Below, in pieces: positions 30,798 through 43,676 of a stretch of DNA of 64,000 nt. Position numbers and translations under genes: made by a program. Position 1 is the stretch's first letter, and every line of letters starts with the position of its first letter. The notes under the pieces are model-generated. The model searched no databases and was not told where the DNA came from. It worked only from the letters and a program-made list of their open reading frames with translations. The DNA comes from an uncultured Candidatus Rokubacteria bacterium (GTDB lineage Bacteria > Methylomirabilota > Methylomirabilia > Rokubacteriales > DASRDR01): NCBI GenBank assembly GCA_963826115.1, contig CAWGVS010000012.1:128001-192000 (forward strand), written 5' to 3'.

Positions 30798-33407
30798 CTA
30801 GACCTCGGCCCAGTCGCGGCCGTCCTTGACGTCGACGCGGAGCGGGACCGCGAGCGGCACGACCGTCTCCATGACCTCGGGCAGGAGCTGGCGCACCGCC
30901 GCCGTCTCGTCCTCCGGCACCTCGAGGAGCAGCTCGTCGTGGACCTGGAGCACCATGCGGCTCCGGAGCCTCCGGGCCGCGAGCTCGGGCCCGAGCCGCA
31001 CCATCGCGAGCTTGATGATGTCGGAGGCCGTCCCCTGGATCGGCGCGTTGGCCGCCATGCGCTCCGCGGCGTTCCGGACGGTGGGATTGCGCGCGCCGAG
31101 CTCCGGCAGGTACCGGCGCCTCCCGAGGAGCGTCGTGACGTAGCCCTGAGCCCGGCCCTCGGCGACCACGCGGTCGATGTAGGCCCGGACGCGCGGGTGG
31201 CTCGCGAAGTAGTCGTCGATGAACTTCTGGGCCTCCGCCCGGCCGATCGACACCGCCTGGGAGAGCCCGAAGCCCGAGAGCCCGTACAGGATCCCGAAGT
31301 TGACGACCTTCGCCAGGCGGCGCATCTCGGCCGTCACCGCGTCCGCGGGCACGCCCATGATCTGCGCCGCGGTGCGCGTGTGGATGTCCTCGCCCTGCCG
31401 GAACGCCTCGACCAGCGCCGGCTCTTCCGTGAAGTGGGCGAGGATCCGCAGCTCGATCTGGGAGTAGTCCGCGGCCACGAAGCGCCAGCCCGTCTCGGGG
31501 ATGAAGGCCTGGCGGATGCGGCGGCCGAGCTCGGTCCGGATCGGGATGTTCTGGAGGTTCGGGTTCGACGACGAGAGGCGCCCGGTCGCGGCGACGAGCT
31601 GGTTGAACGACGTGTGGATCCGGCCCGTCCGCGGGTGGATCAGCGCGGGGAGCGCGTCGGCGTAGGTGCCCTTGAGCTTCGACAGCTGGCGGTACTCGAG
31701 GATCTTCCCCGGCAGCGGGTGGCCGAGCGCCAGCTCCTCCAGCACGTCCACGTCGGTCGAGTAGCCGGTCTTGGTCTTCTTGACCGGCGGGAGCTTCAGC
31801 TTCTCGAACAGCACGACGGCGAGCTGCTTCGGCGAGTTCGGGTTGACCGCCTCGCCCGCGAGCTGGTGGATGTCCCGGAGGAGCGCGTCCAGCTGCGTGT
31901 CGAGCTCCTTCGCCAGCTGGCCGAGACGATCGGGATCGGCCCGGATGCCGATCCGCTCCAGGTCGGCCAGGATCGGCACGAGCGGCACCTCGAGCGTCTC
32001 GTAGAGGCGCTCGAGCCCGTGCTCCTGGAGGAGCGGCGCCTGGAACTCGCGGAGCCGCCACACGCCCTCGGCCCGCCCCCCGGTCCACGCGGCGACCTTC
32101 TCCGGGTCCGCCTCGCCGACGGGCGCGCCGGCGAGGAGCGTCGCGAGCGCGCCCGGGACCGCCGCCGCCCCCGCCTCGGCCGCCACTTGGTCGAGCGGAT
32201 AGCCGCTTCGCCCCGAGTTGAGGAGGTAGGCGGCCACCGCCGTGTCGTCGACCGCGTCCGCCCCCAGGGCGGTCCCGGTGGCGCGCGCCCAGGCGACGAG
32301 CCCCTTGGTGTCGTGGCCCACCAGGCGGACGCCCGCGGGCACCTCGGGCGGGCCCGCGTGATAGACGGCCCCCGCCGCCGGCGTGTAGGCCGCCACGCCG
32401 TGGAACGCGAGGTCGGGCGCGCTCCCGCTGAGCACCGGCTCGACGGCGACCGTGCCGCCGGCCCGCGTCAGGAACTCGCGCCACCCCGCCCGGTCGACGA
32501 CCGGTACCGCCGTCGCCGGCAAGGTGGCGGCCCGCGCCGGGACCTGGCGGAGCAGCGTCGTGAACTCGAGCTCCGTCCACAGCGCGCGGAGGCGCTCCCA
32601 CTCCGGCTCGCGGATGCGGAAGCGCTCGAGGTCGAACTCGATGGGGAGCGCGCCCTCGAGCACGGCCAGCTGGCGCGAGAGAAAGGCCTGGTCCCGGTTC
32701 TTCGCCAGCGTCTCGCGGAGCTTCGGACCGGTGACCACCGCGAGGTTCGCGTAGAGCGCGTCGAGCCCGCCGAACTCCCGGAGGAGCTTCTGTGCCGTCA
32801 CCTCGCCCACGCCCGGTACCCCGGGGATGTTGTCGATCGAGTCCCCCATGAGCCCGAGGATGTCCGGGATGCGCGCCGGCGGGACGCCCCACTTCTCCTC
32901 GACCTTCGCCGGGTCGTAGACGACCCGCTCCCCCGTCCGGCCGAGGACCGAGAGCACGGTGACCTGCGCGTTGACCAGCTGGAGCGCGTCCTTGTCCGCC
33001 GTCACCAGCACGAGCTCGATGCCCGAATCGCGGAGGCGCTGGGCGGCGGTGGCGAGGATGTCGTCCGCCTCGTAGCCCGGCAGCTCGAGGAGCGGCAGCC
33101 CGAGCGTCTCGACCGACCGGCGCACCCACGGGATCTGCTCGACGAGGTCCTTGGGCATCCCGGGCCGCTGGAGCTTGTACGCCTCGAACTGCTGGTGGCG
33201 GATGGTCGGCCCCGGCGCGTCCCACGCGATCCCCATGTAGGTCGGCTGGTCCTCGCGGAGGAGCTTCCAGAGCATCATGGTCATCCCGAGCGTCGCGTTC
33301 GTCGGGAGGCCCCGCGACGTCGAGAGGTGGCCGATGGCGTGATAGGCGCGATAGAGGTAGGAAGGGCCGTCGACGAGGTAGAAGCGCTCGGGCGCGGCGG
33401 CGCTCAC
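30798..33407 (-). CDS. polA: DNA polymerase I
   Basis: YLVDGPSYLYRAYHA, GYEADD, GDSIDNIPGVPGVG, TGRLSSSNPNLQNIP, ADYSQIELR, LQVHDELL. Confidence 0.97.
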   Translation of the reverse strand: MSAAAPERFYLVDGPSYLYRAYHAIGHLSTSRGLPTNATLGMTMMLWKLLREDQPTYMGIAWDAPGPTIRHQQFEAYKLQRPGMPKDLVEQIPWVRRSVETLGLPLLELPGYEADDILATAAQRLRDSGIELVLVTADKDALQLVNAQVTVLSVLGRTGERVVYDPAKVEEKWGVPPARIPDILGLMGDSIDNIPGVPGVGEVTAQKLLREFGGLDALYANLAVVTGPKLRETLAKNRDQAFLSRQLAVLEGALPIEFDLERFRIREPEWERLRALWTELEFTTLLRQVPARAATLPATAVPVVDRAGWREFLTRAGGTVAVEPVLSGSAPDLAFHGVAAYTPAAGAVYHAGPPEVPAGVRLVGHDTKGLVAWARATGTALGADAVDDTAVAAYLLNSGRSGYPLDQVAAEAGAAAVPGALATLLAGAPVGEADPEKVAAWTGGRAEGVWRLREFQAPLLQEHGLERLYETLEVPLVPILADLERIGIRADPDRLGQLAKELDTQLDALLRDIHQLAGEAVNPNSPKQLAVVLFEKLKLPPVKKTKTGYSTDVDVLEELALGHPLPGKILEYRQLSKLKGTYADALPALIHPRTGRIHTSFNQLVAATGRLSSSNPNLQNIPIRTELGRRIRQAFIPETGWRFVAADYSQIELRILAHFTEEPALVEAFRQGEDIHTRTAAQIMGVPADAVTAEMRRLAKVVNFGILYGLSGFGLSQAVSIGRAEAQKFIDDYFASHPRVRAYIDRVVAEGRAQGYVTTLLGRRRYLPELGARNPTVRNAAERMAANAPIQGTASDIIKLAMVRLGPELAARRLRSRMVLQVHDELLLEVPEDETAAVRQLLPEVMETVVPLAVPLRVDVKDGRDWAEV

Positions 33408-36400
33408 GGTGTCACTCCGCCGGTCTCCCCGGCTCCCATCACCCGAAAATACTCCCCGCGCACGAACTCCGCCACCGCGCGGTGGCGAAGGAGGAGCGCC
33501 CGGCCGCTCTCGAGCCCGGCCTCGCGCGCGAGCCGTGCCAGCACGTGGCCCGTCGTCGGAAGACAGTCCGGCGGCCGCGTCTGGGCGAGGCGCAGGGACC
33601 GGAGGAGCCGCCGCAGGAACTGGTGGGCGTCCAGGAGCTGGCCGGCCGTGTCCGCCGGCAGGAGGCCCTGCGCGCCGAGCGCGGCGAGCGCGCGCCGCGT
33701 CGACGGGGAGCGGAGCGCGCCGCGGCGGCCACCGTGGGCGAGCTGCAGGACCTGGACGAGGAACTCCACGTCGACCAGGCCGCCGGCGCCGAACTTCAGA
33801 TGGATGCGCCCGGGCCCCTCGCGGCCGAGCTCCTTCTCCATCCGGGTCCGCACGTGGCGGATCTCCGCGCGCTCCGCGTCCGAGAGCCCGGGGCCGAAGA
33901 CGCGGGCTCGCCGGAGGGCGACGAACCGCCGCGCGAGCGCGGCGTCGCCGAGGATGGGGCGGGCGCGCACGAGCGCCTGGCGCTCCCAGAGCGCGGCCTC
34001 GCCTCGGAGGTAGCGGTCGAGGGTCTCGAGCGAATGCGCCAGCGCGGTGGCCTTGCCCCCCTGGCGGAGCCGGAGGTCCACGCGGAACACCTGGCCCGTC
34101 CGTGTAATGGCGGTCAGGAGGGTATTGAGGCGGTCGACGATGCGATCGAAGAAGACGTGGCTCTCCGGCCCCGTCTCCCCCGGCCCGCCGTACAGCACCA
34201 CCAGGTCGAGATCGGAGCCGTAGTCGAGCTCGCGGCCGCCGAGCTTGCCCATGCCGACCACCAGCGCCGGCACCGGGCGCTCGCCGGCCACGGGCTCGCC
34301 GAGGACGGCGCGGGCCTCGGCGTACGCGACATCCCACGCGATCCCGACGCACGCCTCGGCCAGCTCCCCGAGCGCCCACGCGACCCGCGCCGGCGCCTCG
34401 CCGAGGATCAGGTCGCGCCAGGCGATCTCGAGCTCCTCCCGCTGCTTGAAGAGCCGCAGCCGGTCGGCGACGTCCGCCCCCGGGTCGGCGAAGTCCCGGA
34501 ATGCGTCCCGGAGCCGGCGCGCGGAGCGGGGCGCCGAGCCCGCTGCCGGGCCGAGCGTGTCGAGCAGCTCCGGTCGCGCGATCAGCGTCTGGGCGAGCCG
34601 CTCCGACCGCGTGAAGAACGTGAGCACGCCCCCCAGGAGCGTGGGCGTCTCGGCCAGTCGCGCGAGGTACGCGGTCCTCGGCCCCGCGGTGGCGACGAAG
34701 CGCTCCAGCGCGTCCAGGGCCGCGTCGGGGTCCGGCACCGCGCGGAGAGCATCGAGCGTCGCGGGCAGGAGCGTCCGGAGGGCGGTGCGGACGGCCGACG
34801 GCACCGCGACCAGCGCCGGCCCCTCCCAGAGGAGCCGGAGGTTCTGGCGGGCGCGCTCCGGATCCGCGAAGCCGACGGCGGCGATGGCCGCGGCGTCCCA
34901 GGGCGGCGCGTCCGGCGTCGCGCGACCCGCCGTGTCGAAGAAGCCCTCGAAGGCGGCGCGCACGGTCCGCCGCGTCCGGTCGTAGTCGAGGAGGAACGCC
35001 TCCGCGACCGCCTCCCGGTCCCCCGCGTATCCGAGGCGCCGCGCCAGCTTCGCCAGCTCGTCGGGATCCGCCGGCAGCGTGTGCGTCTGGAGCGCGTGGA
35101 GGAGCATGAGGCGATGCTCGACCGTCCGCAGGAAGACGTAGGCCCGCGCCAGCCGGCCCGACTCCTCCCACGAGAGGTATCCGCGCTCGGCGAGCCGGTG
35201 GAGGGCGCGCAGGCTGTTCCGCTCGCGGAGCCAGGGATCCTGCCCGCCGTAGAGGAGCTGGAGCGCCTGGATGTGGAACTCGATGTCGCGGATCCCGCCC
35301 ACGCCCAGCTTGACGTGGCGCTCCTGCTGACCGCGCGCGCGGAGGCGCCGGTCGATGCGGTTCTTCATCGCCCGGATCTCGCCGAGCGCTTCGCGCTCGA
35401 GCCCCGGGCGATAGACGATCTCGCGCGCGAGGTCGAGGAACGCCTGCCCCACTCGCTCGTCGCCCGCCGCCACCCGGGCCTTGATGAGCGCCTGGCGCTC
35501 CCACAAGGCGGCCCGCGCCTGGTGGTAGGCGCGGTACGCGGCGAGCGGGAGGGCGAGCGGCCCGCCGGTGCCCTCCGGGCGGAGGCGGAGGTCCACCCGG
35601 TAGACCGTGCCCTCCTCCGTCATCGCGGTGAGCGCCCCGACCAGCTGCTCGGCCAGCCGGGCGAAGTACGTGCGGCTCGAGACGACCTCCGGCCCGTCCG
35701 TCTCGCCCTCGGCGTCGTAGACGAAGCAGAGGTCGATGTCGGACGAGTAGTTGAGCTCCGCGCCCCCGTGCTTGCCGAGCGCGATCACGGCGAAGCCGGT
35801 CGGCGTGCGCTCTCCGCCCGCGCCCGCGTGTCCCGGCCGCCCGTAGCGCGCGTGGAGGGCGGGCTCCACGATCGCCCAGGCCTGCGCGAGGCAGGCGTCG
35901 GCGAGCTCCGACAGCTCCTGCGTGGTCGTGACGAGGTCGGCGTCCCCGAGGAGGTCGCGGAGGCCGATCCGGCAGAGCTCGCGGCGCTTCACCCGCCGGA
36001 GCGCGTTCAGCCGGGCCTCGTCGGTCCGGAACGGACGGCCGGCGCGCGCCACCTCCGCGTGCATGGCCTCGCGGGAGCGCGTCTGCATCACGCTCGGATC
36101 GAGGAGCCACGCGACCGTCTGCGGCGAGCGGATCAACGCGTCGCTCAGGAACTGGCTGGTCGCCGCGAGGGTGGACAGGATCGGGATCGCCTGGGGATGG
36201 GCGGCGAGCAGGCCGTAGAAGCCCCGCCGGTCCAGGGCCGCCCCCGCCAGGCGCTCGAGGTTGTTGAGCGCCATGTCGGGATCGGCGGAGGTCCCCACGT
36301 GGTGGAGGAGCCGCGGGAGCAGCGGCGCCAGCTGGTCGCGGAGATCGGGCGTCTCGGCCAGCCGCCGGAGGTTCGCCAGCGCGCCGCCGGGCTCCTGGAA

Positions 36401-36505
36401 CCCCAGCCGCGCGAGCGCCGCGAGACACGCCGGCGGCGGGACCGCCGGGTCGAGGAAATCGGCCGCCGGAGGAAGCGCGGGAGCGGCCGGCCGCTCCGTC
36501 AGCAC
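33404..36505 (-). CDS. glnE: Bifunctional glutamine synthetase adenylyltransferase/deadenylase
   Basis: Two NTase domains: LGKHGGAELNYSSDIDL and MGKLGGRELDYGSDLDL; VDLRLRP, WERQAL. Confidence 0.94.
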   Translation of the reverse strand: MLTERPAAPALPPAADFLDPAVPPPACLAALARLGFQEPGGALANLRRLAETPDLRDQLAPLLPRLLHHVGTSADPDMALNNLERLAGAALDRRGFYGLLAAHPQAIPILSTLAATSQFLSDALIRSPQTVAWLLDPSVMQTRSREAMHAEVARAGRPFRTDEARLNALRRVKRRELCRIGLRDLLGDADLVTTTQELSELADACLAQAWAIVEPALHARYGRPGHAGAGGERTPTGFAVIALGKHGGAELNYSSDIDLCFVYDAEGETDGPEVVSSRTYFARLAEQLVGALTAMTEEGTVYRVDLRLRPEGTGGPLALPLAAYRAYHQARAALWERQALIKARVAAGDERVGQAFLDLAREIVYRPGLEREALGEIRAMKNRIDRRLRARGQQERHVKLGVGGIRDIEFHIQALQLLYGGQDPWLRERNSLRALHRLAERGYLSWEESGRLARAYVFLRTVEHRLMLLHALQTHTLPADPDELAKLARRLGYAGDREAVAEAFLLDYDRTRRTVRAAFEGFFDTAGRATPDAPPWDAAAIAAVGFADPERARQNLRLLWEGPALVAVPSAVRTALRTLLPATLDALRAVPDPDAALDALERFVATAGPRTAYLARLAETPTLLGGVLTFFTRSERLAQTLIARPELLDTLGPAAGSAPRSARRLRDAFRDFADPGADVADRLRLFKQREELEIAWRDLILGEAPARVAWALGELAEACVGIAWDVAYAEARAVLGEPVAGERPVPALVVGMGKLGGRELDYGSDLDLVVLYGGPGETGPESHVFFDRIVDRLNTLLTAITRTGQVFRVDLRLRQGGKATALAHSLETLDRYLRGEAALWERQALVRARPILGDAALARRFVALRRARVFGPGLSDAERAEIRHVRTRMEKELGREGPGRIHLKFGAGGLVDVEFLVQVLQLAHGGRRGALRSPSTRRALAALGAQGLLPADTAGQLLDAHQFLRRLLRSLRLAQTRPPDCLPTTGHVLARLAREAGLESGRALLLRHRAVAEFVRGEYFRVMGAGETGGVTP

Positions 36506-36532
36506 GCGCGCGTCCCCTGGCCGGGCGGCGGG

Positions 36533-38369
<1,837 letters not shown>

Positions 38370-38373
<4 letters not shown>

Positions 38374-39980
38374 TGCTCGATGATCGGGTACACCAGCGCG
38401 GTCACGTGCGAGCTGATGCGCTTGAGGTTCGTGAGCACGTCGAGGTGGATCTCGGAGGTCTCCACGGACTCGGCGAGCCCCGCCCGGAGGCGGTCGATGT
38501 GCGATTGCCGGAGATCCCGCTCCCGCTGGCGCACCACCGGTCGCTGGTCGAGGACCTCCTGGGCGAGCGTGCGGTCGCTCGCCGTGAACGCGACGACGGC
38601 GCGCTCGAAGTTCTTCGACACCAGCGCGTGGAACTCGATGAGCTCCGCCTCGCCGGGCTCGGAGAAGCGTCGGCCCTGGTAGAGCTTCTTCCGGGCGAGC
38701 TCCATGAGGTTCTTGTCGATGATGTCGCCGATGTTCTCGAGGTTGCCGATGAACCCCAGGAGGGCGATCTCCCGGCGCGCGAGGTCCTCGGTCATGATCT
38801 GGCGGTCCAGGCGGGTAAGGTAGAGCTTGACCTCGCGCTCCAGGAAGTCCACCTGATCGTCCCGCCGCACCACGTCCTCGAGGAGCTCCTGGCTCCCGTT
38901 GCGAAAGACGATGGCCGCGTCGCGCAGCATCGCCTGGACGATGTCGGCCATCCGGGCCGCCTCGCGAGAGGCCTGGCCGATCGCCAGGCTGGGTTGCTCC
39001 ATGAATCGCGCGTCCAGGTAGCGCGTCCCGAAGCGCTGCTCCGACTCCGGCCGGTCCGGCACGGCGGCGATGATCGCCCGGGCCGCGAGCGGCTGGAAGG
39101 GCAGGAACACGAGGGAGATGGCCACGTTGAAGAAGGTATGGGCGTTGGCGATCTGGCGCGCGGGGTCCGACGCGCTGGCGGCCACCAGCGTCACGAACGG
39201 GTCGAGGAACGGGAGCACGATCGCCACCCCGAGGAGCTTGAAGCCGACGTGGGCCACGGCGACCCGGCGCGCTTCCGTCGACGAGCCGAGCGAGGCCGTG
39301 AGCGCCGTCACGCAGGTGCCGATGTTGGCGCCGAGGACGAGCGGGAGCGCGCTCGGCAGGGTGAGGAGCCCGTGCGACGCGAGCGCCAGCACGAGGCCGA
39401 TGGTGGCGGCCGAGGACGCGACCAGGGCCGCGAAAACCGCGGAGGCGGCGACGCCGAGAAGCGGCGTCTCGGCGAAGGCGAGCAGCGCCTGGGCGACGAT
39501 CGCGCTGTCCTTGAGCGGCTCCATCCCCTCGATCATCAGCTTCAGCCCGAGGAAGATCAGGCCGAACCCGAGGGTGGCGTGCCCCAGGTCCTTCAGGAGC
39601 CGCCGCTTCCCGAGGAAGGTCATCGCGAACCCGATCCCGACGAACAGCAGCGCGTAGTCGTAGATGTGGAACGCCAGCAGCTGGACGGTGAAGGTCGTCC
39701 CGATGTCGGCGCCCAGGATGATGCCCATCGCCTGGTAGAGCGTGAGGAGCCCCGCCTGGACGAAGCCGATCACCATGATCGTCGTCGCGGTCGACGACTG
39801 GATCAGCGCGGTCGCCGCGGCGCCCGTCAGGAGGGCCGTGAACCGGTTCGCCGTCAGGTGGGTCAGCACCTGGCGCAGGCGGGCGCCCGCGAGCCGCTGA
39901 AGCCCGTCGCCGGTGTGCTGCATCCCGTAGAGGAGGAGCGCCATCCCCCCGAGCAGGACGATCAGGAGCCGCGAGGTCAT
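38370..39980 (-). CDS. Na/Pi cotransporter family protein with PhoU domains
   Basis: LIQSSTAT, ILGADIGTT, LGANIGTC, QIANAHT.FN, C-terminal LENIGD and ETSEIHLD. Confidence 0.9.
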
Positions 39981-40600
39981 GGCGTGATCGCCTCGCGCGC
40001 CACGTCCGCCAGGTGGCCGGTCTCGTTGACCCCGAGCAACCGGCCGACCGGCAGCTCGACGCGCGTGATCGACGCGTTGGCGAGTCTGAACGACCAGATC
40101 GCGTTGAGCGGCCGGCCGAGCCAGCCGCACAGCGCGCTCGAGATGACGCCTCCGTGCGACACGACGAGGACGCGGCCGTCCGGATGCGCCGCGCTCAGCC
40201 CGTCGAGGGCCGTCCGCACCCGGTCGACCAGCACCGACATCGGCTCCCCGCCGGGGGCCGGATGGTCCACCGGCGCCTCGAGCCAGCGCCGGTAGTGGTC
40301 CCCGGCCCGCGCTTCCACGGTGTCGAGGGTCAGGCCCTCCCAGTCCCCCAGCCCGATCTCTCTGAGATCGGCGAGCGCGACCGGCGCGAGGCCCAGGCGC
40401 ATGCCGCACGCCGCGGCCGTGTCCCGCGCGCGGAGGAGCGGGCTCGTGTAGAGCGCGTCGAACCGGGTGCCGCCGAGGCCCGCGGCGAGGGCCGAGGCCT
40501 GGGCGCGGCCGCGCGGTGACAGGGGCGCGTCGAGCGCGCCCTGGAGGCGGCGCTCCGAGTTCCAGGTGGACTCGCCGTGGCGCACGAGCCAGCACTCCAT
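39977..40600 (-). CDS. Histidine phosphatase family protein
   Basis: LVRHGES.WN, SPL.RA..TA, LREI..G.WEG, VVSHGG. Confidence 0.9.
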   Translation of the reverse strand: MECWLVRHGESTWNSERRLQGALDAPLSPRGRAQASALAAGLGGTRFDALYTSPLLRARDTAAACGMRLGLAPVALADLREIGLGDWEGLTLDTVEARAGDHYRRWLEAPVDHPAPGGEPMSVLVDRVRTALDGLSAAHPDGRVLVVSHGGVISSALCGWLGRPLNAIWSFRLANASITRVELPVGRLLGVNETGHLADVAREAITP

Positions 40601-40607
40601 CAGAGGG

Positions 40608-42065
40608 CTAGGCTCGCGGCACGCGGTCCCGGAACGCGCGGAGACGGCGGAGCGTCGTCTCCCGTCCGAGGTCGGCCATCATGCCGAAGAGGGGCGGACT
40701 CGCGGTCTCGCCCGTGAGCGCCAGACGGATCGGCTGGGCAACGTCGACGAGCTTCAGCCCCAGCTCGCCGGCAAGCTGCCGGCAGGCCCCCTCGAGCTCG
40801 CTCTCGGTCCACGGCTCGAGCGCGGCCAGGCGCGCGAGGAGCCGGTCCAGACGAGGTCCGAGCGCCGGCGTCGCGAGCTTGCCGAGCGCGGTCGGGTCGT
40901 ACGCCACCGGGTCCTCGAAGTAGAAGCGCGCCCGGGGCGCCATGGCCGCGAGCGTGGTCGCGCGCGTCGCGAGGTTGGCGAGGGCGGCCAGGACGAGCGG
41001 TCGCGGCGGGCTCGCGATCCCGGCGCCTTCGAGGTGCGGCACGAACGCGCTCACCAGCGCGTCCCGGCCCGCGGGGTCCTCGACGAGCTGCTTCATCCAT
41101 GTCTGGTTCAGCCACTCGAGCTTCGTCTGGTCGAAGATCGCGGGCGTGGACCCAACGTGCTGGAGGTCGAAGAGCTGGATCAGCTCCTCCGTGGTGAACA
41201 CCTCCTGGTCCCCGTGCGCCCACCCGAGCCGCGCGAAGTAGTTCACCATCGCCTCGGGGAGGAACCCCTCGTCGCGGAACGCGAGCACGGACGTCGCCCC
41301 GTGGCGCTTCGACAGGCGCTTCCGGTCCGCGCCGAGGATCATCGGGATGTGCGCGAACACGGGCAGCGGGTAGCCGAGGGCCTGGTAGCAGAGGATCTGC
41401 TTCGGCGTGTTCGACAGGTGGTCGTTCCCGCGGATCACGTGGGTGATCTTCATCGTCACGTCGTCGACCACCACGCAGAAGTTGTAGGTCGGCGTGCCGT
41501 CCGAGCGGACGAGGATCCAGTCGTCGAGGGTCGCGTGGTCGAAGGTGACGTCCCCGTGGATCAGGTCCGGCACCACGGTCGTCCCGGCGTCCGGGATCCG
41601 GAGCCGGAGCGCCGCGGGGACGCCGGCACGCGGCGGGAGGTCGCGGCAGCGCCCGTCGTAGCGGAAGGTCTCCCCGCGGGCCTGGGCCGCCTCGCGCCGG
41701 GCGTCGAGCTCCTCCGGCGTGCAGTAGCACCGGTAGGCGCGGCCCTCGGCCAGGAGCCGCTCGGCGTGCGCGCGGTAGATCTCGAAGCGGCTGGTCTGGC
41801 GCGAGTACCCGCCGTAGGTGCCGTCGTCCTCGGGGCCCTCGCGGTCCCAGTCGAGGCCGAGCCACGTCAGCGCGTCGAGGATCTGGCGGATCGCCTCGTC
41901 GGTGGACCGGTCGCGGTCGGTGTCCTCGATCCGCAGGAGGAACGCCCCCCGGTGATGCCGGGCGAAGAGCCAGTTGAAGAGCGCCGTCCGGGCGCCGCCC
42001 ACGTGGAGGTGCCCGGTCGGGCTCGGCGCGAAGCGGACACGGACAGACTCGACCGGTGTGGCCAT
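40608..42065 (-). CDS. gltX: Glutamate--tRNA ligase
   Basis: RFAPSPTGHLHVGGARTAL, LRIEDTD, CYCT, ITHVIRG.DH, LSKRHG. Confidence 0.97.
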   Translation of the reverse strand: MATPVESVRVRFAPSPTGHLHVGGARTALFNWLFARHHRGAFLLRIEDTDRDRSTDEAIRQILDALTWLGLDWDREGPEDDGTYGGYSRQTSRFEIYRAHAERLLAEGRAYRCYCTPEELDARREAAQARGETFRYDGRCRDLPPRAGVPAALRLRIPDAGTTVVPDLIHGDVTFDHATLDDWILVRSDGTPTYNFCVVVDDVTMKITHVIRGNDHLSNTPKQILCYQALGYPLPVFAHIPMILGADRKRLSKRHGATSVLAFRDEGFLPEAMVNYFARLGWAHGDQEVFTTEELIQLFDLQHVGSTPAIFDQTKLEWLNQTWMKQLVEDPAGRDALVSAFVPHLEGAGIASPPRPLVLAALANLATRATTLAAMAPRARFYFEDPVAYDPTALGKLATPALGPRLDRLLARLAALEPWTESELEGACRQLAGELGLKLVDVAQPIRLALTGETASPPLFGMMADLGRETTLRRLRAFRDRVPRA

Positions 42066-42142
42066 AGGCGATTGATTCTAGAGGAAATCTACCCTGCCCC
42101 TCAAGGAACCGGCGCGCCGCCCGGTTGCCTCGAGGGCTCGCG

Positions 42143-43444
42143 TCAGCGGACGGCGGGCCCGGCGTGGGCTCGGCGGCGGCGCGCGGCCAGCTCGGGCGCC
42201 TCGCGCAGCGTCGTGGCCAGGATGGGGAGCGACGTCTTGAACGCCTGGACGCCGGTCCGCCGGATCACGGCCGGGGCCGTGCCGACGGAGGGGAAGCCCT
42301 GGGCGTCGGGCGCGAGGGACTCCCAGTTGGCGAACAGCCGACCCCAGTCGCTCTCCAGGCACGCGCGCATCTGCCGCCGGCCGAACAGGGGGTACCAGAA
42401 CGAGTCGTGGTAGAGCACGCTCGCCAGGTACGCCCACGGGGCCAGCACCGTCTTGAGCGACCACTCGATCGGCTTCTTCAGCGGCCCCCAGTAGATCTGG
42501 TGCTGCATGCGCGACGCGAAGGTCATGCGGCGGAACGGCCCGACGAAGTGCCAGTTCTCGGCGGCGGCCGTCGCGTCCCCGACGACGTCGATGTCGCGCA
42601 CGTCGCCCACGCCCAGGCCGGCCTCGTGGGCGAGCCGAATGTAGCGGATCTTCAGGGGATCGAACCCCATCAAGCGCGCGGCGACCGCGTCGATCGCGAC
42701 CTGGTCCCGGCTCGCCAGGATGACGTTCTTCACGTGCGGCGTCATGCAGCGCGGGCCCGGCCCGTCGCCGGCGAACGTGCCGTCCATCACCGCGAAGACG
42801 CCCCGGTGGATCCGCTGCTGGATCATCAGGAGGTCGACCAGCGTCTCGTGGATCACCGGGTGGGTCCAGTGGCGGCGCTCGTTGAGCAGGCCCCCGAAGG
42901 CGTTCTTCATCGCGCCCGTGGTCGTCGTGAACACGTGCGTCTTCACCGTCGGGAGGTGGACGATGTTCTCGCCCAGGAACCGCCGGGGGATGTGGAAGCC
43001 CTTCGGGTAGACGTCGTTCAGGCAGAGGAAGCGCCGCGTGAGGTCGCCCACCGCCTCGCGGATCGGGATCCACTCCTCGTCCCCCTCGTAGAGGTGGACG
43101 TTGCGGAGCCCGTGGGCCTCCACGACGGGCAGCTGCTTGTTCTCGCGCTCGCCCAGGTGGGCGTCGATCACCACCGTGCGGTTGTGGCACGCGTGGATCC
43201 GCGCGGGGTCGTAGCCGTCCTGCTTCATCGCCCGGATGACGCCGTCGAGCTGCCAGGGCGTCGTCGAGCTGCCCGGGAAGAAGAAGTGCCAGGAGATGTT
43301 GACCTTGAGCGCGGTGTCGGCGGCCGGGTCGATCACGTCGCGGTACCCGGCGAGGTTCAGGAGCTCGTGATAGTCGCCGAAGACCGTGCGCGGAGAGGTC
43401 CGCAGGATCGCCACCACGCTGCGTCGCGCGCCACCGGTCGGCAT
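42143..43444 (-). CDS. DUF362 domain protein
   Basis: LKVNISWH, TTPWQL, LPTVKTHVFT..TGAMKNAFG, ASRDQVAIDAVAARLMGFDP. Confidence 0.8.
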   Translation of the reverse strand: MPTGGARRSVVAILRTSPRTVFGDYHELLNLAGYRDVIDPAADTALKVNISWHFFFPGSSTTPWQLDGVIRAMKQDGYDPARIHACHNRTVVIDAHLGERENKQLPVVEAHGLRNVHLYEGDEEWIPIREAVGDLTRRFLCLNDVYPKGFHIPRRFLGENIVHLPTVKTHVFTTTTGAMKNAFGGLLNERRHWTHPVIHETLVDLLMIQQRIHRGVFAVMDGTFAGDGPGPRCMTPHVKNVILASRDQVAIDAVAARLMGFDPLKIRYIRLAHEAGLGVGDVRDIDVVGDATAAAENWHFVGPFRRMTFASRMQHQIYWGPLKKPIEWSLKTVLAPWAYLASVLYHDSFWYPLFGRRQMRACLESDWGRLFANWESLAPDAQGFPSVGTAPAVIRRTGVQAFKTSLPILATTLREAPELAARRRRAHAGPAVR

Positions 43445-43676
43445 CACGTGATTCTACCACTTGTCACCACTGCACCTCCGCACCGCTGGACCCGGCGCGG
43501 CGAGCGGCAGTCCGCACACGCGCCGGCGCGCGGGCTCTCTCGTGTCAGGCGTCCTCCCGTTGACACTCGCCACCCCGTGTGGTCCGATCGCGTGTTGGAC
43601 CACGCTCGTCGCGGTGATGGGCGCGGCCCGAACTCATTCTCGAGATGGGCCGCCACGTCGACCCAGGAGGATCTAG

